Source: Candidatus Saccharimonadales bacterium (lineage in GTDB: Bacteria; Patescibacteriota; Saccharimonadia; Saccharimonadales; JBBQAJ01). Taken from it: a stretch of 64,000 bases of DNA. The stretch is taken from assembly GCA_038316195.1 (NCBI GenBank), contig JBBQAJ010000002.1, positions 86,773 through 150,772 of the forward strand, in the 5' to 3' direction. Within the stretch, counting starts at the first letter, position 1, and each line of letters opens with the position of its first letter. Of this stretch, positions 1 through 10,038 are shown piece after piece. The translations under genes and the position numbers were made by a program. The notes beneath the pieces are model-generated. The model was not told the origin of the DNA and did not search any database. It was given only the letters and a program-made list of their open reading frames with translations.

Positions 1-315
1 ACTTAAATTTGAGAAACCATAGGAGTGGAACAAGGGCTACTAAACTTATCCACCCTCCGGGATACCATATAAAAGGTATTGAAGCCAGTAATGCACTTAA
101 GGGATATAAAAAAGTCGAGTTTTTAAAGTTTTTATATTGGTTAATTAACATGCCACTCACTTTACTCTATTGAGAAGTTTTTGTAATTACTATCACCCTT
201 TCCTCACGAGGAGTTATCATTGTGCGTGCATCAATAATCCGGTATAGACACCAACAAGCACCCCTGTACCTAACTGTAATTATTATTAATAAATTACAAA
301 TCGGTCATTTGGTGA

Positions 316-344
316 TTGACAATACCGTTAAAGCATAAGAGAAT
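316..344 (+). promoter_or_regulatory. candidate sigma70-type promoter for the 379..1815 gene (TTGACA-17 nt-GAGAAT)
   Basis: Perfect TTGACA at 316-321 and a weak -10 GAGAAT at 339-344. An AAGGA Shine-Dalgarno at 367-371 lies 7 nt before the ATG at 379. Confidence 0.3.
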
Positions 345-378
345 AACTAATAGATTAAAATAAGCTAAGGAATATTAC

Positions 379-1815
379 ATGGCTAAGCAAAAGAAAAGTG
401 CTATAAAAAATAAAGTTAATAATTCAGCTAAAAAGAAACCTACACAACTAAAATTCGGAAATAGAATATTATCAACAAAATTGTTGGTTTTTGTAGCAGC
501 ATTTGCTCTTGTCGGGGGCTTTTTCTTGATTAGAAGCTTTGCAGCGAGTGGCATTGTTTATACTGCAGCGAACATCGATTCAGTAAACTCAGTAGGGGCA
601 ACTGTTATTGTTGATAACAGCAATACCAGCAAGAAAAACACCAAAGTTATTCGATTGGCTAATAGCCCCAGTTCAACAAATAGTAAAGCCGTTTTACGTA
701 ATACGCAGACTTCTCTCGATTCTGGTATTTATAAAACTTGCCTGCACGCACTTGCAACTTCTGCAGGAGTCTCAGGTAAGTTAGAAATTACTAAATTTGC
801 TAATGGCGTAGCTGGTAATTCACTTGGTCAAGGTGTCTATCTACTGGGTTCAGGGAGTGATTATACGAACACAGTTTGTTTTAGTTTTACAAACGCCGTT
901 TCGGGTACAACTGTTCAGGCAATTGTTACTAATACAATTGCCGGTGGAGTGATACAGATAGGAAATGTCTCATTTCAAAGAACTGGTAGCGTACCACCTT
1001 CTCCAGTATCTAGTGATTATTGTCCTCTGGATAAAGTTGGCATTCCACCAAATTGTCTTAATATAGGTTCAAAAAATTCCTCTGGGGAATTCATCATTAA
1101 ATGTACTCCAGACCATACTGCACCGGATGACCCTATAGTAAAACCAAATCAGCCGGGTCTTTCACATAGCCATGATTTTTATGGTCTTAGAGGTGTAACT
1201 GCTGATCCTAGTAGTCTAATTGGCACCAACACAACATGTGAAAACCGTGGTGACACTGCCGCATACTGGCACCCAACCTTGTTAGTTAACGGTTCTGCCG
1301 TAAAAGCATCACTGCTCAGGGTTTATTATCAGGGTACCAACCAAACTCACACCTTTCCTCCCGGATTCCAGGCAACTGCAGGAAATCCAAAAGCAACTTC
1401 TCCTCAATCAGACACCATTGCATACTGGGGTTGTGGAAGTGGTTCTAGTCACCCAAAGCAAACAACCGTACCACAATGTGCCGGTGGTGAAGCTCTTACT
1501 ATGCACATAAAGATGAATGATTGCTGGAGTGGTAGAATATTGCCTCCTTACACTGACTACACTTCAGAACTGGGTTCTGATGGTCAAAGCAAGGGTGATG
1601 GCACATGTCCAGCAGCTACCCCATACCACATACCTGCAGTTATTCTAGACGTTGAATGGCCAGTTACACCAAACCCTTCGAGCGTTTCCTTGTCTTGCAT
1701 GAGCGCTGATTGTGCTCATGGTGACTTCAACTTCGGTTGGCAACCTGCCGCCTTTGAAGCTGACATGTCACGTTGTCTACGAAACGCAACTAACTGTGGA
1801 TCAGTCACTAACTAG
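379..1815 (+). CDS. secreted protein with a C-terminal DUF1996-like domain
   Basis: Lys/Asn-rich N-terminus, a hydrophobic segment, then SFAA. The C-terminal half carries strings I associate with DUF1996: DDPIVKPNQPGLSHSHDFYG, DTAAYWHPTL, FPPGFQATAG, MHIKMNDCWSG, CPAATPYHIPAVILDVEW. Confidence 0.6.
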   Translation: MAKQKKSAIKNKVNNSAKKKPTQLKFGNRILSTKLLVFVAAFALVGGFFLIRSFAASGIVYTAANIDSVNSVGATVIVDNSNTSKKNTKVIRLANSPSSTNSKAVLRNTQTSLDSGIYKTCLHALATSAGVSGKLEITKFANGVAGNSLGQGVYLLGSGSDYTNTVCFSFTNAVSGTTVQAIVTNTIAGGVIQIGNVSFQRTGSVPPSPVSSDYCPLDKVGIPPNCLNIGSKNSSGEFIIKCTPDHTAPDDPIVKPNQPGLSHSHDFYGLRGVTADPSSLIGTNTTCENRGDTAAYWHPTLLVNGSAVKASLLRVYYQGTNQTHTFPPGFQATAGNPKATSPQSDTIAYWGCGSGSSHPKQTTVPQCAGGEALTMHIKMNDCWSGRILPPYTDYTSELGSDGQSKGDGTCPAATPYHIPAVILDVEWPVTPNPSSVSLSCMSADCAHGDFNFGWQPAAFEADMSRCLRNATNCGSVTN

Positions 1816-2245
1816 ACCCCTTCATTGCTTGTCGGTGAATTGATAGTAATTGCTAGGTTTCATATCCACACCATCATTCTATTAGCTCATCGATTCAAAT
1901 ACGAAAGTTCTATGAAGTGTAAATTGGCAATGTATTTTTACCGGGATGAATCCAACTAACCTAATAACTTAACTGTCTATTACAAGACTATTTGTAAGCA
2001 ATATAATATTCCAGGCTCAGATACGATACATTAACAATTGCAATCTAATCACTGCGGATATATTACGTATCTCTTTCCTTTGAAAATAATGTGAAAGTTC
2101 ACGATAGCTATGTATGTGTCGAATTAGTAATCACTGCCTAAATAAAAAGGGTTGATTTATGATCATATATTTTGTCGAAATGTGCCCGTAACGCTAGCTA
2201 AATCAGTTCTATGAAGATACGATCATTGTTCCTTTGGGAAGTGGT

Positions 2246-3658
2246 TTAATTGTAAAGTTTTGATATTTTTCGTCTATATTTATAAATATCATAAACAACT
2301 ATGATAATTCCTACGTATACTAGCCATTCCCCAACGTATGTGTATAGAGTTTTATTGTGGTTTGTCTGAACATTGACTAGCTGGGTATTACTGGGATCTA
2401 TTGCTGTCAATTGGTTACCATCTTTGTCTATTGCAAATGCTTGCCAGTTATTTGAAGACTGGAGAAATGGTCTAGCGTTTGCAACTGCCATAAATTTTGC
2501 AAACCCACGATGTTGCCAATTGAATAGCCGTGAACCTTTAAATATCTCTAATGAAGCCGAATTTGTAAGCATACTTGCTCCTTTGTTTGCAAAATGACGA
2601 TAATCCTCAGGGGCTATAATGCTAGAACAAACAGCGCTTCCAACAACTACACCATCATCAATTGCAAAAAGTTCTATGTTGTTATTCCCCTTCACTACAG
2701 CCCTTCTAACCTGAAAGTCTGATACCGTAGTTGGTGATATTATCCTCAACATTCCTTCTACCCAAAATGACAGATGTTCACCTCCAACAATAAGCCTATT
2801 CTTGTCTTGCTCTTTTATAAATCCATGATCTCGCGACCCAAATACCAGTACATTTTTGTGCCCTGTTGAGGTGGCATCTTGTCTTGACCCGATATAATAA
2901 TAATTATGATTTGAGTCTGCAAATCTCTTCTGTGGAGAACCAATACTAAAATCGTCGAGACCATATTCTGGGGTAATTATTAATTTAGATTGGTCCGTCT
3001 CAATTTGTTTTGCTTCACCTAGTTGCTCAGATACAATCGTGGTCTTGATTTTTGCACCGCTGGGTACTCTATACGCATACCAACCAACAGCTGAAAGTAC
3101 TATCAATATTGACCAGTATGGTAATGCATATTTTCTAAGCTCCTTTTTTACTAGCAATGCAATTCCAACCATAACTACTGAGGATAAGCCATAGAATCCT
3201 ACAAATCTTGATATATATTTTAGTGGTGAAATTACGATAAATGGAGTTAGTGTTGAAAATGGCAATATATTATCAACACTGCCGTTTTTGCCCATCCACA
3301 TAAAAGCAACTGCCCATGCAACAAATGCTTCAGCAAATGCCCAAATGAATACGGCTTTAAAAACCCATTTATAGTCCTTATTTCTTTTATACGAGTTTCT
3401 CAGATACAAAATAGCATACGTAAATATCAAGGCACTTATACTGACAATGATTGTCATCACAAGTGTAATAGTAAAGTACGCTACGAGTGCAATATTAGCT
3501 AGTCTTCCAACATCAACAATATACAGCCATGACCACAAAATTGCGCAAATTACAGCACTGGTCCAATATATACGCCTTTTTGTGATTTCTTTGTGTAAAT
3601 TGTTTTGTTTTATATGTTTTTTCAAATCACTGCTCCTAGGTAATTGATTATACAACAT
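2246..3658 (-). CDS. polytopic membrane carbon-nitrogen hydrolase, apolipoprotein N-acyltransferase (Lnt)-like, paralog 1
   Basis: About 6-7 N-terminal TM segments, then a CN-hydrolase-like domain with a candidate Glu-Lys-Cys triad (LIITPEYG; DKNRLIVGGEHL; GSAVCSSIIAPEDY) and a C-terminal TM. Confidence 0.55.
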   Translation of the reverse strand: MLYNQLPRSSDLKKHIKQNNLHKEITKRRIYWTSAVICAILWSWLYIVDVGRLANIALVAYFTITLVMTIIVSISALIFTYAILYLRNSYKRNKDYKWVFKAVFIWAFAEAFVAWAVAFMWMGKNGSVDNILPFSTLTPFIVISPLKYISRFVGFYGLSSVVMVGIALLVKKELRKYALPYWSILIVLSAVGWYAYRVPSGAKIKTTIVSEQLGEAKQIETDQSKLIITPEYGLDDFSIGSPQKRFADSNHNYYYIGSRQDATSTGHKNVLVFGSRDHGFIKEQDKNRLIVGGEHLSFWVEGMLRIISPTTVSDFQVRRAVVKGNNNIELFAIDDGVVVGSAVCSSIIAPEDYRHFANKGASMLTNSASLEIFKGSRLFNWQHRGFAKFMAVANARPFLQSSNNWQAFAIDKDGNQLTAIDPSNTQLVNVQTNHNKTLYTYVGEWLVYVGIIIVVYDIYKYRRKISKLYN

Positions 3659-3734
3659 ACGTTTATGAAAATGGGAATAAGACTATTGAATTTTATGTAT
3701 TTAATGAGATAATGATAAGCATAAGGAACTTAAA

Positions 3735-4871
3735 ATGGTTAATTCTAAGAAAAATACTTCTATGAGCAAATCATCGAATAATAAAAAAGCAAAAGCAAAA
3801 TCTAATGGAGCTAAATTTGGAGTGCCACTTTGGAAGCGTGGAAAGATACTATTGTTTGTACTTACTTTTGCAACAATAGGTTCCTACTTTTTGTTTGGAG
3901 CTTATGCCGCGACTTCCCCAGGGCTTGCATCAAAGTCACCAAATAGTACATGGGGTGATCACATGGGTGTATCGCTCTGGCCAACTAGAGAGAACTTTTT
4001 CAGAGCAAGGGCGTTGGGAGTTGGCTGGGTTGGGATATCTTGGGAAATGTGGAATTCACCCAGTACTTTTGATCAATCACTAATCGTATATGCTCACAGT
4101 ATTGGCTTGAAAGTATTGGAAACTTGTCAGATGCAAGATAGAACTTATCCAATTAGCAAAATTGGAGAGTTTGCAACTTATTGTGCAAGTTGGGTGGACA
4201 AAGGTGTTGACGCAATACAGATTGGAAACGAATGGAATAATTCTGATTTTTGGCAACCACAACCGACGGGTGACTATACCAAACAGGCTCAATTTCTTGA
4301 CCTAACATCAGCTGCAATTCGCAATAAATCATCTACGATTCCAATAATGAATGCCGGTTGGTCCCCTGGTGGATCTCCAAATGCACCCTATGATGCAATG
4401 CTGAACGTTTTAAATAAATCAAATGGTACTTTTGCCAATAATGCCTCTGCAATAGCAACTCACCCATACGCAATTGATTGCGATGATGTTACACACTGTG
4501 GATACCCAACCCACAGAGACTGGAACCCTTTCATGAACAGCAAAGATGTTTGGTATAATTCTGTATCAAAAGGATTTAACAAACCAGTATGGTTCACCGA
4601 AATGGGAGGACCCTCAGCTAATGGTAATAATAACTGGACCGGAGAAGCGTATACTCAGACCTTCCAAAAAAATCTCTACTTGCAATATATATTTGGCACT
4701 GCTTATTTGAGGAGTCAAGGAGTACCTGTTGAAGCACTGTTTTGGCACAGTATTCAAGATGGCCAATCGTCATTGTCTGCAAAAGACTATTACTATGGAT
4801 TGTATGATAAAAATTGGAACGAGAAAGAAGCTGCAAAAGTCGTCAAAGATATGTCATCAAAACCCTGGTGA
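3735..4871 (+). CDS. secreted clan GH-A (GH5-like) glycoside hydrolase
   Basis: Basic N-terminus, TM, then AYAA signal. IQIGNEWN fits an acid/base Asn-Glu and WFTEMGG fits a nucleophile Glu, as in (beta/alpha)8 clan A hydrolases. SD AAGGA lies upstream. Confidence 0.5.
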   Translation: MVNSKKNTSMSKSSNNKKAKAKSNGAKFGVPLWKRGKILLFVLTFATIGSYFLFGAYAATSPGLASKSPNSTWGDHMGVSLWPTRENFFRARALGVGWVGISWEMWNSPSTFDQSLIVYAHSIGLKVLETCQMQDRTYPISKIGEFATYCASWVDKGVDAIQIGNEWNNSDFWQPQPTGDYTKQAQFLDLTSAAIRNKSSTIPIMNAGWSPGGSPNAPYDAMLNVLNKSNGTFANNASAIATHPYAIDCDDVTHCGYPTHRDWNPFMNSKDVWYNSVSKGFNKPVWFTEMGGPSANGNNNWTGEAYTQTFQKNLYLQYIFGTAYLRSQGVPVEALFWHSIQDGQSSLSAKDYYYGLYDKNWNEKEAAKVVKDMSSKPW

Positions 4872-4923
4872 TTTTCTACAAAAATTGATTATTTGTAAAC
4901 TAACTTTTTAACATATAACGAGA

Positions 4924-7900
4924 TCAAGCTTTAGTTTCTTCGACCCATTCACGGACGTTTTGAAACATTTGGAACCACGGGGAATCTTTTTGCCAATCTG
5001 TTGGATGCCACGAAAGTTGTTGAGTTAGAAAGGCACGTTCCGGATGAGGCATCATAATCGTTGAACGCCCATTTGGTGTAGTGAGTACAGTAATGCCCCC
5101 GGGAGAACCATTTGGATTCTCTGGATAGCGATCGGCTTGCTTGCCGTTATTATCCACAAAAATCCCAGCTACAAGCTCTGGGGAAATTGCATTTTCAGCC
5201 CTGCCCTCTCCATGGGCAACGGGCACAGGCAAAATGGATCCATCCATGCCTTTAAAGAATATAGATGGGCTGGATAGAATTTTTACTTGTGAAAGTCTGG
5301 CCTCAAACTGTTCAGAATTGTTTTTCAGAAATCTAGGCCAACTATTCGCGCCTGGGATAAGTTCTTTAAGCGCAGATAACATCTGGCAACCATTGCAAAC
5401 GCCTAATGAAAAAGTATTATTGCGTTCAAAAAACTCTTTAAATTGTTTTGTAAGTTGGGGATTAAACAGTATAGATTTTGCCCATCCTTCTCCCGCACCT
5501 AGTACGTCTCCATATGAAAAACCACCACAAGCTACTAAGCCTGTAAAGTCTTTTAAATCTAGCTTTTTACTTGTTATATCCGTTAATGTAACGTCTATGG
5601 ATTCAAAACCAGCTTTGTCAAACGCGGCAGCCATTTCAACTTGTCCATTAACTCCCTGTACTCTAAAAATAGCTACTTTTGGACGTATTTCATTAGACGG
5701 TTTTTGCATTTCAGGAATTTTGATTACTTTTGGAGATATCCCTGGGTCATTGTCGTCTTGTATTGATTCAAATTCTTGGACAGCACATGATTTGTTGTCT
5801 CTCAATGATTGGATGCGGTAGCTAGTTTCACTCCACAAAGACTGTAACGTTGCGCGAGTGTTTTTATATATAATTTTGTCGGCGTAATTTACTGTAATTA
5901 TTTGGTTTTTTTGTGGCTGACCAATAATCGATGTGGTATTAGGCATTAATGAATTTAACTGATCAGTAATTTTTATGGCTTCTGAACTTTTTATTTGTAT
6001 CACGGCACCTAATTCTTCGTTAAACAACTGTCCAAGTGCATTTGAGGCTGATGATAAATCAATTTTTAATCCAGATCGACTTGCAAAAGCCATTTCACAA
6101 AGTGTAGTAATAAGACCACCGTCAGATCGGTCGTGATATGCGAGTATTTTATTCTCATTATTTAACTTTTGGATTGCAGTGAAAAATAATTTTAGTAGCT
6201 GTGGATCTGCATCAGGAGGTGTATTTCCAGTTTGAGAGTATGCTTGAGCGAGTGCCGAACCCGAAAGTCGGTTTTTGCCCTGCCCCAGGTCAATTAGAAG
6301 CAAAGATGTATTTCCAGGAGAAAAAAGTGGTGTCAAAGTTTTATTTATGTTTATGACAGGAGCAAATGAACTGATAATAACTGACATTGGAGATGTAACG
6401 CTTTTGGATTGACCTTTTTCGTTCCAAACTGTGCGCATACTTAGCGAGTCTTTGCCGACGGGTATTGTGAGTCCAATTGCTGGGCAGAACTCTTCCCCTA
6501 GCGCGTGAACAGCCTCATACAATGCTTGCTCCTCAGTATCTGCCCCTATGGCAGACATCCAATTTGCTGAAAGTTTAATATCGGATATTTTTTCAATGTT
6601 TGCAGCTGTAATGTTTGTTATTGACTCTCCTACGGCCATGCGAGCAGATGCACTGCTATCTATTACTGCCAAAGGAGTGCGTTCGCCCATAGTCATTGCT
6701 TCTCCCTTTTCTGTATCGAAACCACTAGCTGCAACTGCTACGTCACTGACTGGGACTTGCCATGGACCTATCATCTGGTCTCTAGTTAGTAGGCCACCCA
6801 CGTTTCTGTCTCCAATTGTAATTAAAAATTGCTTACTACCAACTGAAGGAATTTGTAAAACACGTTTAACAGCATCATCTATTTTAATATTAGTAATGTC
6901 AAAATCAGATAATTTAGTTTTTTGGGACGTAAAAGATCTTTCCATTTTGGGAGGTTTTCCAAACAAAACAGTCATGGGCAAGTCGATAACATTTCTACCC
7001 AATATTTTGTCTGTAACTGTTAATTGACGCTTTTTGACAGTTTTTCCAACAACTGCATACAAGCAATTTTCTCGTTCACATATTGATTTAAATATTTCCA
7101 AATCTTTCGGATCAATTCCCAAAACATATCGTTCTTGTGCTTCGTTACACCAGATTTCTTTTGGTGACATGCCTGGTTCGGCGTTTGGTATGTCACGCAA
7201 TTCAATATTACCTCCTAGTCCTGAGTCATTTATTAGCTCTGGTAATCCATTACATAGCCCACCTGCACCTATGTCATGAATACTGATTATTGGATTATTT
7301 TCTCCCATGGCCCAGCAATGATCGATTACCTCTTGAACTCTTCTTTGCATTTCAGCGTTTGCCCGTTGTACGCTAGCAAAATCTAAATCCGATTCGGATT
7401 GGCCGGATTGCATGCTAGAAGCTGCTCCCCCACCTAAGCCGATTAACATAGCAGGTCCACCTATAATAATTAGTTGTGCACCGACTGGAAGTGGTAGTTT
7501 GTCGATATGCTTGTCGCGGATGTTACCTAGGCCACCAGCAATCATAATTGGCTTGTGATATCCACGAACGATACCATTTACTTTTTGTTCATATGTTCGA
7601 AAATACCCACCAAGATTTGGTCTCCCAAATTCGTTATTGTAAGCGGCAGCACCAATCGGTGCTTCAATCATAATTTCTAGTGGTGATGATATACGGTCTG
7701 GCTTACCATAATCTTCTTCCCAGGGTTGTGGCATCTCTGATAACTGGAGATTTGATACAGTATATCCGGCAAGACCCATTTTAGGTTTACCACCTCTTCC
7801 AGTCGCTCCTTCGTCACGAATTTCTCCACCAGAACCAGTTGCTGCTCCTGAAAACGGTGCAACTGCTGTCGGGTGATTGTGTGTTTCTACTTTAATAACG

Positions 7901-8754
7901 CTGTGAATCGGCTCTTTTGAATAGTTGTAGCTTCCGGTATTTGGATCTGGGAAAAATCTAGCAGTTACCGGACCTCGTATTACAGCGGCATTATCTGAAT
8001 ATGCCGACAGAACGTCTTGGCTAGATTTTTCATAAGTATTAGAAATCATCTCGAAAAGTGATTTGGGCTGTTTTTTGCCGTTGATGGTCCAGCTAGAATT
8101 AAATACTTTGTGTCGACAATGCTCACTATTTACAGACGCAAACATCATAATCTCTGCATCGTTAGGGTTTCTATTTAAGTTAGAATATTCTTGATACAAA
8201 TATTTTATTTCTGTACCTGATAAGGCTAACCCAAGCTCAGTATTAATTTTTTCAAGTGCCTCTATGCCATGCTTTTTAATATCTATAATTTTTAAAGATT
8301 TTGGTTCGTGTGTTTCAAATAACACATTTGTTTCCTCAAGATTATTAAAAATTGTTTCAGTCATACGATCGTAAAGTAAGTTTTGTATTTTTACTTTGTT
8401 TATGGGTATTTTTGAAACTATATAAAATGCCTTAACTCTTTCTATGCGATTTACATGTTTAAGCCCACAGTTCAAAGCAATGTCAGTTGCTTTTGATGAC
8501 CAGGGTGAAATTGTGCCTGGTCGAGGTCCGACAATAATCATGTTCTCCGTTCGATTATTGATATATGGAGTGTCGTATGTGAGTAGTTTTTGTAAGCGAA
8601 CATCTTCGCCAATAGCGGAGGTTCTATTTGTATAGACAAAATGTACAAACTCAGCACTCACTTCTTGGATGTTTGGCTGAGATGCTTGAAGTTGCTTTAG
8701 GAGAATTGCCTGCCGAAATTCAGATAGCGCATTTATGCCTTTGTAAATTTCCAT
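4924..8754 (-). CDS. purL: phosphoribosylformylglycinamidine (FGAM) synthase, single-chain large form
   Basis: 1276 aa with FGAM synthase core motifs (HNHPTAVAPFSGAATG, GGPAMLIGLGGGAASS) and a C-terminal glutaminase domain (GVCNGCQ, HGEG). Ends in a TGA stop. Confidence 0.95.
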   Translation of the reverse strand: MEIYKGINALSEFRQAILLKQLQASQPNIQEVSAEFVHFVYTNRTSAIGEDVRLQKLLTYDTPYINNRTENMIIVGPRPGTISPWSSKATDIALNCGLKHVNRIERVKAFYIVSKIPINKVKIQNLLYDRMTETIFNNLEETNVLFETHEPKSLKIIDIKKHGIEALEKINTELGLALSGTEIKYLYQEYSNLNRNPNDAEIMMFASVNSEHCRHKVFNSSWTINGKKQPKSLFEMISNTYEKSSQDVLSAYSDNAAVIRGPVTARFFPDPNTGSYNYSKEPIHSVIKVETHNHPTAVAPFSGAATGSGGEIRDEGATGRGGKPKMGLAGYTVSNLQLSEMPQPWEEDYGKPDRISSPLEIMIEAPIGAAAYNNEFGRPNLGGYFRTYEQKVNGIVRGYHKPIMIAGGLGNIRDKHIDKLPLPVGAQLIIIGGPAMLIGLGGGAASSMQSGQSESDLDFASVQRANAEMQRRVQEVIDHCWAMGENNPIISIHDIGAGGLCNGLPELINDSGLGGNIELRDIPNAEPGMSPKEIWCNEAQERYVLGIDPKDLEIFKSICERENCLYAVVGKTVKKRQLTVTDKILGRNVIDLPMTVLFGKPPKMERSFTSQKTKLSDFDITNIKIDDAVKRVLQIPSVGSKQFLITIGDRNVGGLLTRDQMIGPWQVPVSDVAVAASGFDTEKGEAMTMGERTPLAVIDSSASARMAVGESITNITAANIEKISDIKLSANWMSAIGADTEEQALYEAVHALGEEFCPAIGLTIPVGKDSLSMRTVWNEKGQSKSVTSPMSVIISSFAPVININKTLTPLFSPGNTSLLLIDLGQGKNRLSGSALAQAYSQTGNTPPDADPQLLKLFFTAIQKLNNENKILAYHDRSDGGLITTLCEMAFASRSGLKIDLSSASNALGQLFNEELGAVIQIKSSEAIKITDQLNSLMPNTTSIIGQPQKNQIITVNYADKIIYKNTRATLQSLWSETSYRIQSLRDNKSCAVQEFESIQDDNDPGISPKVIKIPEMQKPSNEIRPKVAIFRVQGVNGQVEMAAAFDKAGFESIDVTLTDITSKKLDLKDFTGLVACGGFSYGDVLGAGEGWAKSILFNPQLTKQFKEFFERNNTFSLGVCNGCQMLSALKELIPGANSWPRFLKNNSEQFEARLSQVKILSSPSIFFKGMDGSILPVPVAHGEGRAENAISPELVAGIFVDNNGKQADRYPENPNGSPGGITVLTTPNGRSTIMMPHPERAFLTQQLSWHPTDWQKDSPWFQMFQNVREWVEETKA

Positions 8755-10038
8755 TTAACCAGTTACTCCGTTGGGTCTCGCGCCAATATCTGTACGATAA
8801 TGCATACCTTGAAAATGAATTTTACTAATTGCTTTATAGGCTTTTGAGCGTGCGTCTGTGACGTCATTGCCTAGGGCAGTTACATATAAAACGCGACCAC
8901 CATTTGTAATTAATTTCCCATTTGTAATTTTTGTGCCAGCTTGCATGATAACCACGTCCTCCACTGATTCGGCATCTTCTATGCCTGATATCGGCTTGCC
9001 TTTTTCGTAATTTCCAGGGTATCCACCAGAAGCTAGGGCAATTGAAATCGCCGTTTTTGGAAGCCATTTAATTTTACTGGGGTCTAGATTTCCTATTGTG
9101 CATGATATAAGTAATTCATAAAGATCGCTATCAAGTAATCTCAAATATGTTTCCGCCTCTGGATCACCAAATCGTGCGTTAAATTCTAAAACTTTTACAT
9201 CAGAACCGTCAATCATAAGGCCAGGATATAAACATCCGGTAAATGGCGAATTATCTGATTTTAGTCCTTTAAGTGCAGGTTTGACAACTTTGTCCATTGC
9301 AAAATCTAAATGTTCTTTTGTTACCCAGGGAACGGGCGCTAATACGCCCATACCACCCGTGTTGGGCCCTAAATCATCATCAAATACTTGTTTGTGGTCT
9401 TGTGAAGGTGGAAATAATACAGCCTCTGTGCCGTCGCTTAAGGCATGTATAGAAACTTCTTGCCCTGGTAAGAAATCTTCAATAACAATTGTTTTGCCAG
9501 AATCTTTGAAAACTTTCTTAACCATCATTTCGCTAATTGCATGTTTTGCTTGTTCAAAACTTTCTGCAATAACTACTCCCTTGCCCTCTGCAAGTCCACT
9601 AGCTTTTATGACTTGTGGGAATTTTCTATTTTGGACATATTTGATTGCTGAATCAGGATCTGTGAAAGTTTCAAAGTTAGCAGTTGGTATTTTTTGACTT
9701 TGCATTAATTCTTTAGAATATGCTTTTGATGATTCTATTCGGGTTGCAGCTTTTGAAGGTCCGAATATTGCTAATCCGGCCGATTGAAAGGCGTCTACCA
9801 CACCTGCGTCACTGGCGGCTTCTTGGCCAATAACCGTTAAGTCGATTTTATTATCCAAAGCGAATTTTAAAAGTTCTTCCACATTAGTGAATCCAATATC
9901 TATGTTTTTAGCAATAGTTTCGGTTCCACCGTTTCCGGGTGCAACAAATATTTGATTTACTTGTGGTGATTGAGAAAGTTTCCACGCCAAAGCGTATTCA
10001 CGACCACCACTACCTATGATCAAAACTTTCGTGCTCAT
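8755..10038 (-). CDS. purD: phosphoribosylamine-glycine ligase
   Basis: N-terminus VLIIGSGGREYALAWKL, ATP-grasp core, 427 aa. Its stop abuts the purL start. Confidence 0.95.
   Translation of the reverse strand: MSTKVLIIGSGGREYALAWKLSQSPQVNQIFVAPGNGGTETIAKNIDIGFTNVEELLKFALDNKIDLTVIGQEAASDAGVVDAFQSAGLAIFGPSKAATRIESSKAYSKELMQSQKIPTANFETFTDPDSAIKYVQNRKFPQVIKASGLAEGKGVVIAESFEQAKHAISEMMVKKVFKDSGKTIVIEDFLPGQEVSIHALSDGTEAVLFPPSQDHKQVFDDDLGPNTGGMGVLAPVPWVTKEHLDFAMDKVVKPALKGLKSDNSPFTGCLYPGLMIDGSDVKVLEFNARFGDPEAETYLRLLDSDLYELLISCTIGNLDPSKIKWLPKTAISIALASGGYPGNYEKGKPISGIEDAESVEDVVIMQAGTKITNGKLITNGGRVLYVTALGNDVTDARSKAYKAISKIHFQGMHYRTDIGARPNGVTG

Noticed and set aside
4924-4926. Alternative genetic code (UGA as a sense codon, as in Gracilibacteria/SR1)
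   Set aside because: purL and other well-aligned genes (for example gnd at 42052-42054 and purP copy 1 at 47657-47659) terminate at TGA exactly where the family length predicts. No conserved gene is interrupted by an in-frame TGA.
5141-7279. Several long plus-strand ORFs (226, 159 and 81 aa) inside the purL region
   Set aside because: They are shadow ORFs antisense to a 1276-aa purL with continuous family similarity. Their translations are low-complexity Ser/Pro/Leu-rich, as expected for antisense frames.
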